From Octopus vulgaris (Eukaryota): a stretch of DNA of 64,000 bases. Location of the stretch: NCBI GenBank assembly GCA_951406725.2, contig OX597817.1, positions 40,610,001-40,674,000 on the forward strand, in the 5' to 3' direction. The translations under genes were made by a program, and so were the position numbers. The notes beneath the pieces were generated by a model. The model did no database searches and was not told the origin of the DNA. It saw only the letters and a program-made list of their open reading frames with translations. Numbering within the stretch: the stretch's first letter is position 1; every line of letters starts with the position of its first letter. Below, in pieces: positions 1 to 13,954 of the stretch.

Positions 1-1089
1 AACAATGCTTTAATATATTTCATATTATACAGACTCCCTATTTCAGTATCCACATAAATTTACTGATTCATATACACGCAAACAGAACCCATGTGTGCAC
101 ACATGTGCAAGCATGCGCACGCACACACACACACAAACATCCACTCACGCACAAACACGCTAATGTGCACACAGGCACCCATGTTAAATAAATAATTATG
201 CACCACATGGTGCAGGAAATAGAATCTGTTAGTTGACCTTCCATGATTAGAGGAATTCATCAATCAGTCTCGTTAATTCTATTAAGTTCATAGGATAGCA
301 GAATGTGACGTGATGTTCATGCCTCACCCTAGAGCAGAGCATTAGTAGAATAATTATGTATATAACTGGAACAATGCTTGGCTTACATCCCCCAGTTCAC
401 CAACAATTTACTGTCACTGCTATATTTACCCTCTCCTCATTTGTACATCTTTATCATCATCATCATCATTGACGTTTTATGTTCACAATTCTGAAGGTTG
501 CAACAGATTGGTTGACCACACCTTGCTTCTTGCCCTGAGTATCATCATCATCATCATCATCATCATCATCGTTTAACGTCCGCTTTCCATGCTAGCATGG
601 GTTGGACGGTTCAACTGGGGTCCGGATGGTGCTTTTTACGTGCCTTCGGCACGGAGACCAGACGAAGCTGGCAATGGCCACGGTCAGATATATATATATG
701 CCAAAATACTGCCTGGATTTACCTGAGATTTTAACTAAGGACCTATACCTTCATGGAGGTACCGATCAACATCCATATCTTCTGCAAAAAGATGAGTTGT
801 GAACATTATTCGCCCACCAATACTCTATTCTTCTATTTACTTCTTTATTATTTTATTTTATTTGTCATAAACTCTGAATATATTTCCTTCCTTGTAAATC
901 GTAAATTTTTCCCTGTCTAAAATATTCATACCTTGTCTCACATAATGAAATATCGAGTGTGTGGACATGTTAACCTATCACTTGAGTTATCCCAGAAACA
1001 GCTGTAAGACTTCAAATTCACCTTAACCCAATTAAATTATTCTAAATGACTTGAGATACTCATTCTGCCTTGGTTTTGCTTTTTCCTCT

Positions 1090-1129
<40 letters not shown>

Positions 1130-1423
1130 GTGAATGGAAGAAATGGAGTTGAACGAAGATTGTACAGAATTCCTTTTATTACATTCAACCGTGTTTTTTC
1201 TGCTGTGATTTTTGCTACCCAGGTATCGGTTAAATTTTTGAATAATCCATAACAAGATAATTCATCTTTCCATTTCAACAAACAAATATATATATATATA
1301 TATATATATTTCAATAATAATAAAAGGGTAAAATTAATTAATTAATCAATTAATTAATTAACAATTAATAATTTCACCAAGTAGTTCACTGTGTACAAAA
1401 TAACCTTTTTAGGTAAAATTATA

Positions 1424-1557
1424 ACAAATATTCTATAATTATAAACATAATTATAATCAGCTAATTGCTTCACTACATACTGAGTTTAGAAATAGGAGTT
1501 AAAATGCCTTTTCCAACTACTATAAAGTTCTCCCAGACAACAACACACATGCACACA

Positions 1558-1593
<36 letters not shown>

Positions 1594-1723
1594 GTGTGTT
1601 ACTATCTGGGAGATCTTTATAGTAGTTGGAAAAAAACATTTTAATTCCTATTTCTAAATTCAGTGCATGGCGAAGCAATTAGTTGACCCCTGATTATAAC
1701 TATGTTTATAATTATAGAATATT

Positions 1724-1726
<3 letters not shown>
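1424..1726. repeat. Inverted repeat with a (CA)n loop
   Basis: About 125-bp arms, 1424-1548 / 1594-1726. Confidence 0.9.
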
Positions 1727-1778
<52 letters not shown>

Positions 1779-1901
1779 TAATGGTGTCATTGAGATCCAA
1801 AGGTGTCAGGTAATGCTGAATAAGTGGTATAGACAGACCATAGTTAAGTTCCAGATTCGGTAGTGTTGCGAATAAAAGGTTCTATGTCGGCACGTGTATA
1901 A

Positions 1902-2258
<357 letters not shown>

Positions 2259-2689
2259 TATACATATATGACAAGAAATAATTTTCGTTTCTTTTTATGG
2301 AAACAAAAAAAGATATATAGGACTGCAAAAAAGAAGTGTTCAAGTGAAATTGAGACAGAGACAAAAAATCATTGATTAGAGAACAACCATCAAATCCGGG
2401 CCAGCGACTTTATATAACCCCACACTTCTATACATTTCATCATATACAAATAATACCATTGCCTTCAACATATAAAAGAAATACATATATAAGCACAGAA
2501 GGTAAAAAATATATATGCATATATAAAAGTACAAAATATATAGAAGTACCTGTCAAGAAAAAGTATATACAAATCGACTAAAAATAGGTAATCAAAATGA
2601 ATTACTAAAACATATCAATCGACTATAAATTTTTTTACCCTTTGATTAAAAATACACACACACACACACACATATATATAGTTAATAAA

Positions 2690-2892
2690 AAAAAACGAAG
2701 AACGAACACACACAAAAAACAACAATGCAAGGATGTGGTACATGTAAAATATTAGCAGACGCTCGGGTAAGGAAAGAAAGGTGGTTTTACATTTCGAACA
2801 AGGCTCTTCTTCAGAAACAGGAGACAGAGGAAAGTCAAATAGAAAAGGAAGATGGAGGAAAAAAAAATCACCAACGATTCACATGTGGTTAC
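2690..2892 (-). mobile_element. Short PLE terminal-repeat-like element with a minimal hammerhead motif (about 2785-2817)
   Basis: Minus strand UUU CUGAAGA AGAGC-CUU-GUUC GAAA UG UA AAA; sits in a TA/CA microsatellite; related copies at about 6060-6200, 39330-39500, 43700-43885 and 61460-61595. Confidence 0.6.
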
Positions 2893-2964
2893 TTATATAT
2901 ATATACATATCGTCAGTAGATTATATTTTTTGAAAAAAGAAGCACACTCTAAATGTATTAACAG

Positions 2965-3182
2965 GAAGTTAATTATATGGCTGATCATAGAATGACCTAT
3001 GGTTTCATGTCCATAAAGTGCCTAGCCTTATAGATGGCTTGTTAGACTCCAATGGCCATGGGCATATAACCTGCAGGTTATATACCTGTGGCTACTGGAA
3101 TCTGATGAGCCATCTATAAGGCTAAGCACTTTATTGATATGAAACCATAGGTCATTCTATGACCAGCCATATAATTAACTTC
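2965..3182. repeat. 218-bp spacer-less imperfect palindrome
   Basis: Symmetric about CTGCAG (3071-3076) with no indels. Confidence 0.93.
3098..3157 (+). ncRNA. Type-I hammerhead motif in the right arm of a palindrome
   Basis: GAAU CUGAUGA [imperfect stem II] GAAA CCAUAGG UC AUUC; stems I and III pair, base of stem II is eroded. Confidence 0.7.
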
Positions 3183-3507
3183 TTATATATATATACTCTT
3201 TTACTCTTACTCTTTTGTTTCAGTCATTTGACTGTGGCCATGCTGGAGCACTGCCTTTAGTCGAGCAAATCGACCACAGGACTTAATCTTTGTAAGCCTA
3301 GTACTTATTCTATCGGTCTCTTTTGCTGAACTGCTAAGTTATGGGGATGTAAACACACTAGCATAAGTTGTCAAGCGATGTTGGTGGGGACAAACAATAC
3401 AGACACACAGATAGACAGACACACATTCTCAGTTTTATATATATATAGATATATATATATGAACTTATACATACATGCATACATACACACACACATATGT
3501 ATACACG

Positions 3508-3886
3508 CACACAATATTCCCAAATTAACTACAGATTCTCAGCATCATTTTATTACAATGTATCCAAAATATAATGAATTTCTGTATTTATATTTTATTT
3601 AGGGAATCAATAAAAGCAGGGCAAAGCTGGGTTCAACTTCTTGCATGTACTAACTTATGTGTATATGTCTGTATGTCTGTAAGAATGTGTGTATGTGTAT
3701 AATATATATGTGTGTGTATTTGTAAATGCACATAAACATGCAGATATATACATATACATGCATACTTATACAAACAACTGCACCCAGCTTGCTTGATTTT
3801 ATTGATTCTCCCAAATAACTATAATAACATGAAGAGAAAAATTGTTAGAAAATGATGCTGACAATCTATGGTTAATCTGGGAATGT
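3508..3886. repeat. Old degenerate inverted repeat
   Basis: About 3508-3635 is complementary to about 3781-3886. Confidence 0.65.
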
Positions 3887-4200
3887 GGATTCACTCAGAA
3901 GTGTTGCATCCAAGTAATTCAGGCCTAGAAACACTGATAATGACTTTAGAAGCATTACCGATCCAAACTAGTTGCAGAGAATTTATATGAAAATATGGAA
4001 AAAATCTTGATGGCAAAGATAAAAACTAAAACAAAATTGTGCTTTGGTTACAGGATTTACTTGTATATCTGTCTTTATTGCTTTCAGTGTGTCTGTCTAT
4101 CTATCTGTGTCCGTCTGTCTGCTGCCTGTCAGTCTTTCTCTCTCCCTTTCCCCATCTATCTACATATATATTATGTGTATGTGTGTATATGTGCATGTAT

Positions 4201-4239
<39 letters not shown>

Positions 4240-4702
4240 GGCACATGGCTCAGTGGTTAGAGCGTCAAACTTACGATTGGGAGGTTGTGAGTTCGAATCC
4301 TGGACCGGGCTGCGTGTTGTGTTCTTGAGCAAGATACTTTATTTCATGTTGCTCCAGTTCACTCAGCTGTAGAAATAAGTTGCGACATCATGGGTGCCAA
4401 GCTGTATCGGCCTTTGCCTTTCCCTTGGATAACACTGGTGGCATGGAAAGGGGAGGCTGGTATGCATGGGCAACTGCTGGTCTTCCATAAACAACCTTGC
4501 CCGGACCAAATATCTCAGTCCAGTGTCATTTCTTCTGTGAGGCCCAACATCCTGACATGTGATACACCCGTTCAGTCAACATGGATTTGATGGCAGAAGT
4601 GAGCTAATGTATGACACATACATTTGATCACTACAAACAAATTCTTTGTGCAGGTTGTGTGGAAAAAGCTGAATGCTCATACATCATTTCCAACAAGAGA
4701 AT

Positions 4703-4752
<50 letters not shown>

Positions 4753-4753
<1 letters not shown>

Positions 4754-5578
4754 TATGTTTGACTTTTGCTTTACATTTGCACAAGCTGGCTCCAAGTCTC
4801 ACCCAGAGACCTCAAGAGACAACAAGTTGGAAGTTCATGTTGGTGTTATGCCTAGGGTGCCATATATTTGGTTTTGTACTTAGTGTTGTACTAGTGAATG
4901 CCTAAAAAACCATACGAAAATTATGTTTGTTTTAAAACTTGAGATTACAAAGAAAGTATTTTGCGTAGGATATGAGCAGTTCCCATGAGCACTATCTTTT
5001 GAATTTCTGCCATTTTGGGGTTTCCTGGTATCTGAGTTAGGTAGCAATCAGCCCCTTTTGCTATCATTCCCAGGGCACCTATGACAACAGGTATTGTTTT
5101 AGTCTTCAGGTTCCACATTTTGTTGATTTCTATTTCCAGATCTTTATATTTGCTCAGTTTCTGGTAGGTCTTGACAGATACATTTATATAGATTGGGACT
5201 GTCATATCAATGAGGAGGCATGTTTTTTGTCTGAAGTCTTTTACTATGATGTCTGGCCTATTCACGTCTATCTTTCTGTCAGTTTGAATGGTGAAGTTCC
5301 AGAGGAGTGAGATGTGGTCATTTTCAAGCACTGGAGGTGGTTTGTTTTCCCACCAGTTTTTATCATGGGGCAAGTCCAGGCTTCTGCAAATTACTCAGTG
5401 AATATATTGTGCAGCTCTATCATGCCTGTTGAGATACTCTGTAAGTGCAAGAAGACGGCACGTAGAGACAACATGATCAATGGTTTCATTTTGTTGTTGA
5501 CATACATGACATGTTGAGCTACTGCCGTTCTTTAATATGTTGGCCTGGTAGTTCCTTGTAGGTAGGCATTGATCTTGT
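4753..5578 (-). mobile_element. 5'-truncated R4/Dong-clade non-LTR retrotransposon (restriction-like endonuclease)
   Basis: CCHC knuckle CHVC...ETIDHVVSTC, RHD, and RPDII...LIDMTVP...K..KYKDL motifs; flanked on both sides by (ATT)n. Confidence 0.9.
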
Positions 5579-5600
5579 ATTATTATTATTATTATTATTA

Positions 5601-5646
<46 letters not shown>

Positions 5647-6474
5647 ACAATGTCTAGGTCACACTGACCAGCAGTCTTCTTAAAATTGGTGTTATAATCA
5701 GTATTTTATTGCCATTATTTCGATACCAATCTACTTGGCAACATCATTAATGCTATATTAACTTATCCTCCAAACTTCTTGTATTAAATTGTTCCTAATT
5801 TTTGTTAAAATATCATTACTACATGATTAATGGCTATTTTTCATTATGAATGCAACCCACAAGCTGCAAACAGTAAAATGATGTGAGAGAAGGTTAAAAA
5901 TTTCTGCCATATTTAAAAACCATATTATAAGGAAGCCTTCCAGAAATAGTAGTCAAATCTTCCTCATATTTAATCTGCAGTTTTAAGGAATCATTAAAAT
6001 ATGTGGTTCAAAATTATACAAAAGACAAAAATAAAAAGACAGGGACAAGTAAGAGAACAAGGAAAAGGGCATGTTAGTTTAATGCTCAGGGAAAATGGGG
6101 GAAGTCTTTGACATTTTGAGCCTTTGCTCTTTTACAGAAAGGAATAAGAAGGGAAAACGGATGGAGAGATGAAAAATAGAGGGTAAAAACGTGTCTGGAT
6201 AAATGGTTGCACAGTCCTACATAACCATCAAAAGAAGCTACCATGTGAATGCTCCATCTGCCAGAAATAGTAGCAAAATCTCCCTCAAAGCAAAGTATAC
6301 CCCACAGTATTAAATAGAACAATGAAATATTACATAATGTTGTCTATATACTGCTAAAAAAGATAGAATGGTTGTTACTGAAATGGATTTAAAAAGACTA
6401 GTGGGATACTTGAATATTTTACGGAATTAATGGTAAATCTATTGAGTTATTTCTGAAAACTTTATCCAAAATAC

Positions 6475-6525
6475 CTGAAAGCGTAGCCTGTGTTGTGTCT
6501 TTAGGGAAAGATAGTTGCTCATCAA
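6475..6525 (-). CDS. Putative short exon of the same gene (VDEQLSFPKDTTQATLS)
   Basis: Acceptor aatgagtag, donor CAG|gtattt; 51 nt, phase 1->1 as required; no conserved motif. Confidence 0.5.
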
Positions 6526-7263
6526 CTACTCATTGAAAAGTGAAAGAAATTGGAATAGGATGATTACTTAATGTACTTTATATATACATTTTATATACTT
6601 TATGCACAGTTTTATAGACTTAATACACAGCACTCATAAGATAAATATTAACTCTTATTTTTCCATTTTCCCCATAAACAAAAAATACCTCATACATATG
6701 ATACAACCTTTAGTTAAATTACATCTATCTGCCACATAAATAATCGTGAATATTTCATGGAATTGCACTTATGCACATGCATTAAGTGATAGGTGATATA
6801 AAAAAACTTAGCTCAATTTTAAAAAATACACTTATCCAGTCACCACCACCACCAACATCACCCCACCATCATCTCTCTCTCTCCCTCCTCTCTCTCTCCC
6901 TTCCTTCCCCTCCCCATCTTCCACCTCTCCTCCCCATCTTCCACCTCTCCTCCCCTTTCTCTGACTTTCTTTAATCTCACCATCAGAACATCACCACTCT
7001 GCTAAAATTACATTTCTAACTCTCCTCCTCTACCGTCAACTAACTTTTTTCACCACAATAAATAATACATCCCTCCTACCCACATCATGGATGCTTCTCT
7101 TCCCTTCTTTTTCTTCTCCCACTTTCTGTCTCACTCTTTGCCTTATCCTCTTTTTCACACTCCTTTTTCTTTCTCCTCTCTTTCTCTTCAACTAATCAAG
7201 TGAAAGCGTTACAATTACATTTCCTCTATCTCATGTCATGCTTTTCTCTCCCTCTTTGCCTCC

Positions 7264-7294
<31 letters not shown>

Positions 7295-7903
7295 TCTCTC
7301 TTTTCATTCTCTCTATTTTTCTGTAATCATGTCAAAGCTAAGTAACCCAATAACAAGCAGAATTATTATAAGATGCTTGCTCAACCAGGGTTAACTTAAA
7401 CATAAGCAACACTTGTTCCAAGTTTAATACACCCAACAACACATAAACCACTAAGGAAGCCACTATGCAGTCATTCTACCTGCAAGAAATAGCAGCAAAA
7501 TTTGTTTCGGCTCAAATGCTACTGAAATAAGGAAGGAAAAGACACATTAAATTATTTATTCCAACATGCTTATAGACAGGCAGTAATGCTTTCCATTTTT
7601 GGTCATCTTTATGAGAATTGCTCTGCAATGTACTGAGAAAAAATTCCAACACACATGGACCCATTTTATATAAATTTGGTTTGAAAAGAGTTGATTAAAC
7701 ATATTAATTAAACACGTGGCAAATTTTTGATAAAATCAGGTTACAGCTTTTGTTATTATAGCATTTAGTTACATCCTGTTTTCCTAGTCATAATATTCTC
7801 AAATTATCTCATCTTTTTCTCACTTCTCTCTTATCACTCTATCTCCTCCTTCTCTCTCTCACACACTTTCTGTTTCACACACACACACACACACACACGC
7901 ATA

Positions 7904-7957
<54 letters not shown>

Positions 7958-8335
7958 TCTGTCTAGACAGCAAAGGAGTCTCTAAATAGTCAATAAATTT
8001 TTACAAGACAGAAACAACCAAATTACTCCAGTCATTTTAAATAAATGAAGAAGAAATTGAATAATGTAGTCCTTGATATGGAAAAATGACTGGATGGTCA
8101 TGACTGGAACATCTTTTACCATAGGTCTGCTGGATCATGGATAACCTGGGACTAAACAACTGCCACAATAATATAACAATAGGCTTCTTTACTAAATCTG
8201 TTTACAGTTTGTACATTGGAATAAACTGAACAACTCATAACTGATAAGAAATAGCAACCAAATCTTTCTCAAATCATGCCATGTTGTCTTAAAAAACAGA
8301 CATTTTGAATAACATCATCTTAGATTTTCTAATAT

Positions 8336-8730
8336 AGGTGTAGGTGTGGCTGTGTGGTAAGTAGCTTGCTTACGAACTACATGGTTCCAGGTTCAGTCCC
8401 ACTGTGTGGCACCTTGGGCAAGTGTCTTCTACTATAGCCTTAGGCCGACCAAAACCTTGTGAGTGGATTTGGTAGACGGAAACTGAAAGAAGCCCGTCAT
8501 ATATATGTATGTATAAATGTGTGTGTGTATGTGTTTGTGTGTCTGTGTTTGTCCCCCCAACATTGCTGGTGTGTTAACGTCCCTGTAACTTAGCGGTTCG
8601 GCAAAAGAGACCGATAGAATAAGTACTAGGCTTACAAAGAATAAGTCCTGGGGTCGATTTGCTCAATTAAAGGCAGTGCTCCTGCATGGCCACAGTCAAG
8701 TGACTGAAACAAGTAAAAGAGTAAAGAGAG
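8336..8730 (+). mobile_element. SINE family A (tRNA-like head, internal TA/TG microsatellite, AGTAAAAG tail)
   Basis: A/B-box-like head tggctgtgtggtaag...ggttcagtccc; about 12 copies in the window. Confidence 0.88.
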
Positions 8731-9360
8731 GGAAGAAAAAATGTGATGGTCATTGCTGGAACACACTTGATCATGAACCTGTTTGATCAGGATTAACATG
8801 AGGTTAAGAAATTTTATGACAAGTATTCATTGTTCCTGTTTCTGTGACCCACATATACCACTGGTACAAATATATAATTTAGATGTTGAAGAAAAACTTT
8901 AAACATTCCATTACTATTCCTCTTACTACATCCCCATTTACTCCACCTCTTCTCCTTGTTCCTAAATGAAGCTAAACTCAGCAAATGGTAGAGTTGGTAG
9001 ATGCTGGCAGGGTTCATTTTTGTTTATTAATCAATTCAAATTATATCAAATATGACTTACCTTTTCATCCTTCATGTTGTTATTTCCCCCCACCCCACCC
9101 TACCCCAGTTTAAATCTGGTTAAACCGACCAAAAGAGTTTTAAAAATTATCTTTCTATCTTTCTATTTACATTAGGGACTACATTTTAAAGTGTATCCTT
9201 CTTTATTTATAATTGTAGAGTATGAGCTGAAGGAAAATTGGTTGCTATATCTGGCAGGTCAAGTGACCATGTAGAGGCTACCTTATTAGCTCAACCTTCA
9301 GACCAGCACTGGATTAAGATCCATAAAGGCCCTAAGCACTTAAAATATTTTGGTACCCCA

Positions 9361-10570
9361 TCATCATCATCATCATCATCGTCGTTTAACGTCCGTTCTC
9401 CATGCTAGCATGGGTTGGACGGTTCGACTGGGGATCTGGGAAGCCAGAAGGCTGCACCAGGCTCCAGTCTTATCTGGCAGTGTTTCTACAGCTGGATGCC
9501 CTTCCTAATGCCAACCACTCCGTGAGTGTAGTGGGTGCTTTTTACGTGCCACCTGCACAGGTGCCAGGCGAGGCTGGCAACGCCCACGATCGGATTGGTG
9601 TATTTTATGTGCCACCGGCACGGAAGCCAGACGAGGTGGTGCTGGCATCGGCTACGAGTCGGATGGTGCTTTTTACGTACCACCAGACCAGGGATCCTGG
9701 CTGGTTCAATTCGATTTCGATTTCGCTTGCCCCAACATGTCTTCGCAAGCAAGGGGGTTGGCATGGGTGCCTGTTGTACGGTCAGATTGGTGTATTTTAC
9801 GTGCCACCGGCACGGAAGCCAGTGGAGGCGGCACTGGCATCGGCCACGAGTCGGATAGTGCTTTTTACGTACCACCAGACCAGGGAACCTGGCTGGTTCG
9901 ATTCGATTTCGCTTGCCCCAACATGTCTTCGCAAGCAAGGGGGTTGGCATGGGTGCCTGTCGTACGGTCACATTGGTGTATTTTACGTGCCACCGGCACA
10001 GAAGCCAGTGGAGGCAGCGCTGGCATCGGCCACGAGTCGGATAGTGCTTTTTACGTACCACCAGACCAGGGATCCTGGCTGGTTCAATTCGATTTTGACT
10101 TCGATTTCGATTTCGATTTCGCTTGCCCCAACATGTCTTCGCAAGCAAAGGGGGTTGGCATGGGTGCCTGTCGTCGGATGAGGTTCTATATCGACTTCAC
10201 TTGCCTCAACAGGTCTTTGTGTCCAAGGGAGGAAAGGCATTCATAAGTGGGCTGGGCTCACTTGTCCTGCCTGGTCTTCTCACGTACAGAATATTTCCAA
10301 AGGTCTCGGTCGCTGGTCATTTCCTCAGTGAGGCCTAAAGTTCGAAGGTCGTGCTTCACCACCTCGTCCCAGGTTTTCCTGGGTCTACCTCTTCCACGGG
10401 TTCCCTCAACTGCTAAGGATTGGCACTTTCTCACACACCTATCTTCATCCATTCTCGCCACATGACCATACCAGCGCAATCGTCTCTCTTGCACACCACA
10501 ACTGATGCCTCTTAGGTACAACATTTCTCTCAAGGTGCTAACGCTCTGTCGAGTATGTACACTGACATTC
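9361..10570 (-). mobile_element. RTE-clade LINE 3' end: ORF C-terminus, 3'UTR with three tandem units of about 190 bp, and a (GAT)n tail
   Basis: RRLRWYGHVARM...GTRGRGRPRKTW motif; tandem units start at about 9588, 9780 and 9966. Confidence 0.9.
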
Positions 10571-10678
10571 AAAATATAAACAATAACAGATGATAAAATA
10601 AATTTATATTTTTCAAAATGAAACAAACAGTAAGATGGAGAATAATGTTTATTTTCTTATACTTTCACTTAATTTATA

Positions 10679-11958
10679 TTGGGTCATCCCATAAATAATG
10701 CGTTTTTTTTATATTTCTTTTATTTTTCAAAATTAAGATAAAGTTCTTTTTTAATCTAAAATATACTCTCCATTTTCTACAATGATCTTCTATCTATCTG
10801 GTAGACTTGCAAGGCCCCTCTTCCAAAATTCACTTGTCCGTGATGAAAAATACTCCTCCAGTACTGTTCTGACCTTGTCTACTGAATTCATATTTTTCCT
10901 GTCCAAATGAGTTTGAAGACTGCGGAATAAATGATAATCAGATGGGAGAGTGTCCGATGAATATGGCGGACGGGGCATTGTTTCCCATTGAAACTGCTCC
11001 AGCTTTTGGAATGTCATCCTCGCTGTATGTAGCTGAGATTATCCTGATGAGAGAACACCTTTCGTCTTGAAACCAAAGATGGTTTTTTTCCCTTCTAGCA
11101 CTGACTTAAGTTGCGCAAGTTACTTGCTGTAAATCTCCTTTGTTATCATTTGGTTTGGTTTTAAAAGTTCAAAGTGGACTAAACCTTTCATATCTCATCA
11201 AACAGATAACAACACCTTATGTGGGTGAAGACTTTCTTTAGTTTGGGGTTCCAGTATTTCTCCTTTCCCTACCCACTGTGTTTGGCATTTGACAGTTTTA
11301 TAAAGAACCCATTTCTCATCACCAGTCACAATTCAGTCCAAAAAAGGTTCATTCGTGAGATGTGACAGCAAAGAAGAGCACACTTCACTCTCTGCATGCA
11401 ATTAGACTTGGAAAATTTGTGAGGAACCCATTGACCCAATTTGCTAATTTTTCCAATGGCATGCAGGTATCAGTGAACAGTTGAATGGCCAAATCCAAAC
11501 TTCTCTGCTAGTTCCTCAACAGTTACGTTGGGATTTTGTTCCAGCAGAGTTTGCAGGACATCCTTGTTGAGCTCTTCAGATCTTCCAGGATGAGGGTCAT
11601 CTTCTAGATTGTAATTTCCAGCTCAGAATTTCTGGAACCACTGTTGACACTGGCTTACACCTACTGTCTAATCCCCAAATACTGCATTGATATTCCTTGC
11701 ACTTTCCATTGTTTTGTTGTCTTTATTGAACTCATAAAGCAAAATATGCTGAATATACTCCTTAGTCACTTCCATTATAGCTTTGAAACAATAACTGTAA
11801 AAATTGAACTGTACTTTTCAAAACTTGCACTAAGAATAAGTACAAGGTATAATTACTACCTGTTTTTATAGCAAGATGATGCAGGTAGTTTATCCCATCC
11901 CCCTCGGACTTTTAGTTCATGCAATTGGAAAGACCGCATTATTTATGGGATGACCCAA
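10679..11958 (-). mobile_element. Full-length decayed mariner transposon
   Basis: 24-bp TIRs ttgggtcatcccataaataatgcg; TA/TG flanks; WVPH, VTGDEKW and PPYSSDTLPSDYHLF remnants; 1280 bp. Confidence 0.93.
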
Positions 11959-12458
11959 TGTTTAGGAAGATTTCGCCTACGTTTTTTTTAATTGCAAAGT
12001 CTTTGATCAGGTTCTCAAAGTTAATCTTGCATAACACATCTACTTCTATACTTAGTAGAGATAAGGCATCTTGAATATCATTTTAGCAAGTTTAAAGTGA
12101 TTCTTTTGTGCCATAAACCATTTACCATTTCTGTGGTGCTCTCCACCCTCTCTTTGCTTGATGCACTAAGCACATGCTTATTTTGCTTAATGGTTAATCC
12201 AGCACTGCTTCTGACATTAATAAAAGCTTTGTGCCAATGTGAGAAATCATTACTATTAACATAGTTGGTGGATTGGCAAAATTGGAATAGGACAGTTGAC
12301 AAAAAGTCTTACAGTATTTGTTCCAGTTCTTTATGTTTTGAGTTCAAATCCTGCTAAGATTGACTTTGCTTTCATCTCTCCAGGATCAATAAAATAAAGT
12401 ACCAATAAATAAAGTGTCCAACACATATTCCTGCTTAGACAGGAATATGTGTTGGACA

Positions 12459-12535
<77 letters not shown>

Positions 12536-12576
12536 CATACATACATACATACTTATAAGAATTTTATTCTTCATAC

Positions 12577-12664
12577 CTGTATTTTCCAGATCAGAATCCT
12601 TTGTAGGAGTCAGCAGATACCATGTTAAAACTCCATCGTCATGTCCAGTTAAAAGAGCATTTTC
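12577..12664 (-). CDS. WDR87/97-like exon (ENALLTGHDDGVLTWYLLTPTKDSDLENT)
   Basis: Acceptor cttgacag, donor gtatga; 88 nt, phase 0->1; LLTGHDDG WD-like motif. Confidence 0.88.
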
Positions 12665-12766
12665 CTGTCAAGGGAAAATATGAGAAGCTGCTGAAAACTG
12701 GGTTGATTCAGTTTTAATCTATTGTTCATGTATATACAGAGGAATGAAAGAAATGTAAACCAAGTA

Positions 12767-12998
12767 AGGTGGTGAGCTGGCAGAATCTTTTGCCCGCTGG
12801 GTGAAATGCTTAGTGGTATTTCATCTGTCTTTACATTCTGAGTTCAAATTCCACCGAGGTCGACTTTGCCTTTCATCCATTCGGAGTCGATAAATTAAGT
12901 ACCAGTTACGCACTAGGGTTGATGTAATCAACTTAATCCGTTTGTCTGTCCTTGTTTGTGCCCTTTATGTTTAGTCCCTTGCGGGCAATAAAGAAATA
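12767..12998 (+). mobile_element. SINE family B (central gcctttcatcctttcggggtcgataaa domain)
   Basis: Head ggtgagctggcagaa...gagttcaaattcc; at least 15 copies, e.g. about 15843, 16160, 17048, 18010, 30505, 33623, 34184, 35201 and 49077. Confidence 0.85.
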
Positions 12999-13954
12999 AG
13001 AAAAGTAAACCAAGCTGAACAAAACAAACAAAATGAGCTCCCTAGGGAGCCACTATGGAGTTACTTGACCTATTAGAAATAGCAACTTAATCTCAATTAA
13101 ATCATACTTTATTGCCTGTATCTAAGAAAAAGATGGAATGGTCATAACTGGAATTCGTTTGATACTCAGTTTCCTTAATCAGAGCTGATTTGACATTAAA
13201 CAACAAAAATGAAATTGATAAGAGCAAAAGATAAATACCAATTAACTTAAATAATGAGATTACATTGATAATTCCAAGAATAATAATTGCTTTGAATATA
13301 GATACAGGGCCTGAAATTTGGTGTTTATATGGGGTGGGGGATAATTAATCAATTAATCCAACCCCAGTCCTTGAATGGTACTCTATTTTATTGACCTTAA
13401 AAGAATGAAAAACAGAGTTAGCATTACGGGGAATTGAACTCAGAATGCCTAAAATTTTGGAATAAATCACAATAATAATGGTTTCTTATTTAGGCACAAG
13501 GCCTGTAATTTGACAGGAAAGGGGTTAGTCAGTACCATCAATTCCAGTACTTGACTGATACTTTATTTAATCAATAACAACCCTGGAAGGATGAAAGGCA
13601 AAATCAACCTCTGCAGGATTTGAACTCAGAATGTGAGGTGCTTTCCAACTTTCCAATGATGCTTCTGCTGCTAAAGCCTTAGGTTTGTTGGGAGAGATCT
13701 TGCCAATTGAATCAACTCCAGTATATTCCTAGTACCTATTTTATCAATTTTAGTGAGATAAAAAAAAAATAAGTGGAAATTTTACCAGTGAGTGTGTTAC
13801 ATTATAAAGCTCAAAAAGAAAATGACTCTCCCCAGACACCACAGAATATACTTCAACACACGAACTCATATAAAGAATCTAGCAAACCAAATTCAAAAAC
13901 GAAAAAAAAATAAAGCTAACTCTAGTGGATTTACTGTTCATCCATCTACTCTTT

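Noticed and set aside
9588-10173. Possible CRISPR-like array of ttttacgtgccacc repeats
   Set aside because: Spacers are themselves repeated, the context is eukaryotic, and no cas genes are present.
9402-10246. Longest ORFs in the track (259, 220 and 169 aa) with internal repeats
   Set aside because: They are readings of tandem units in a LINE 3'UTR, open on both strands, with no protein motif.
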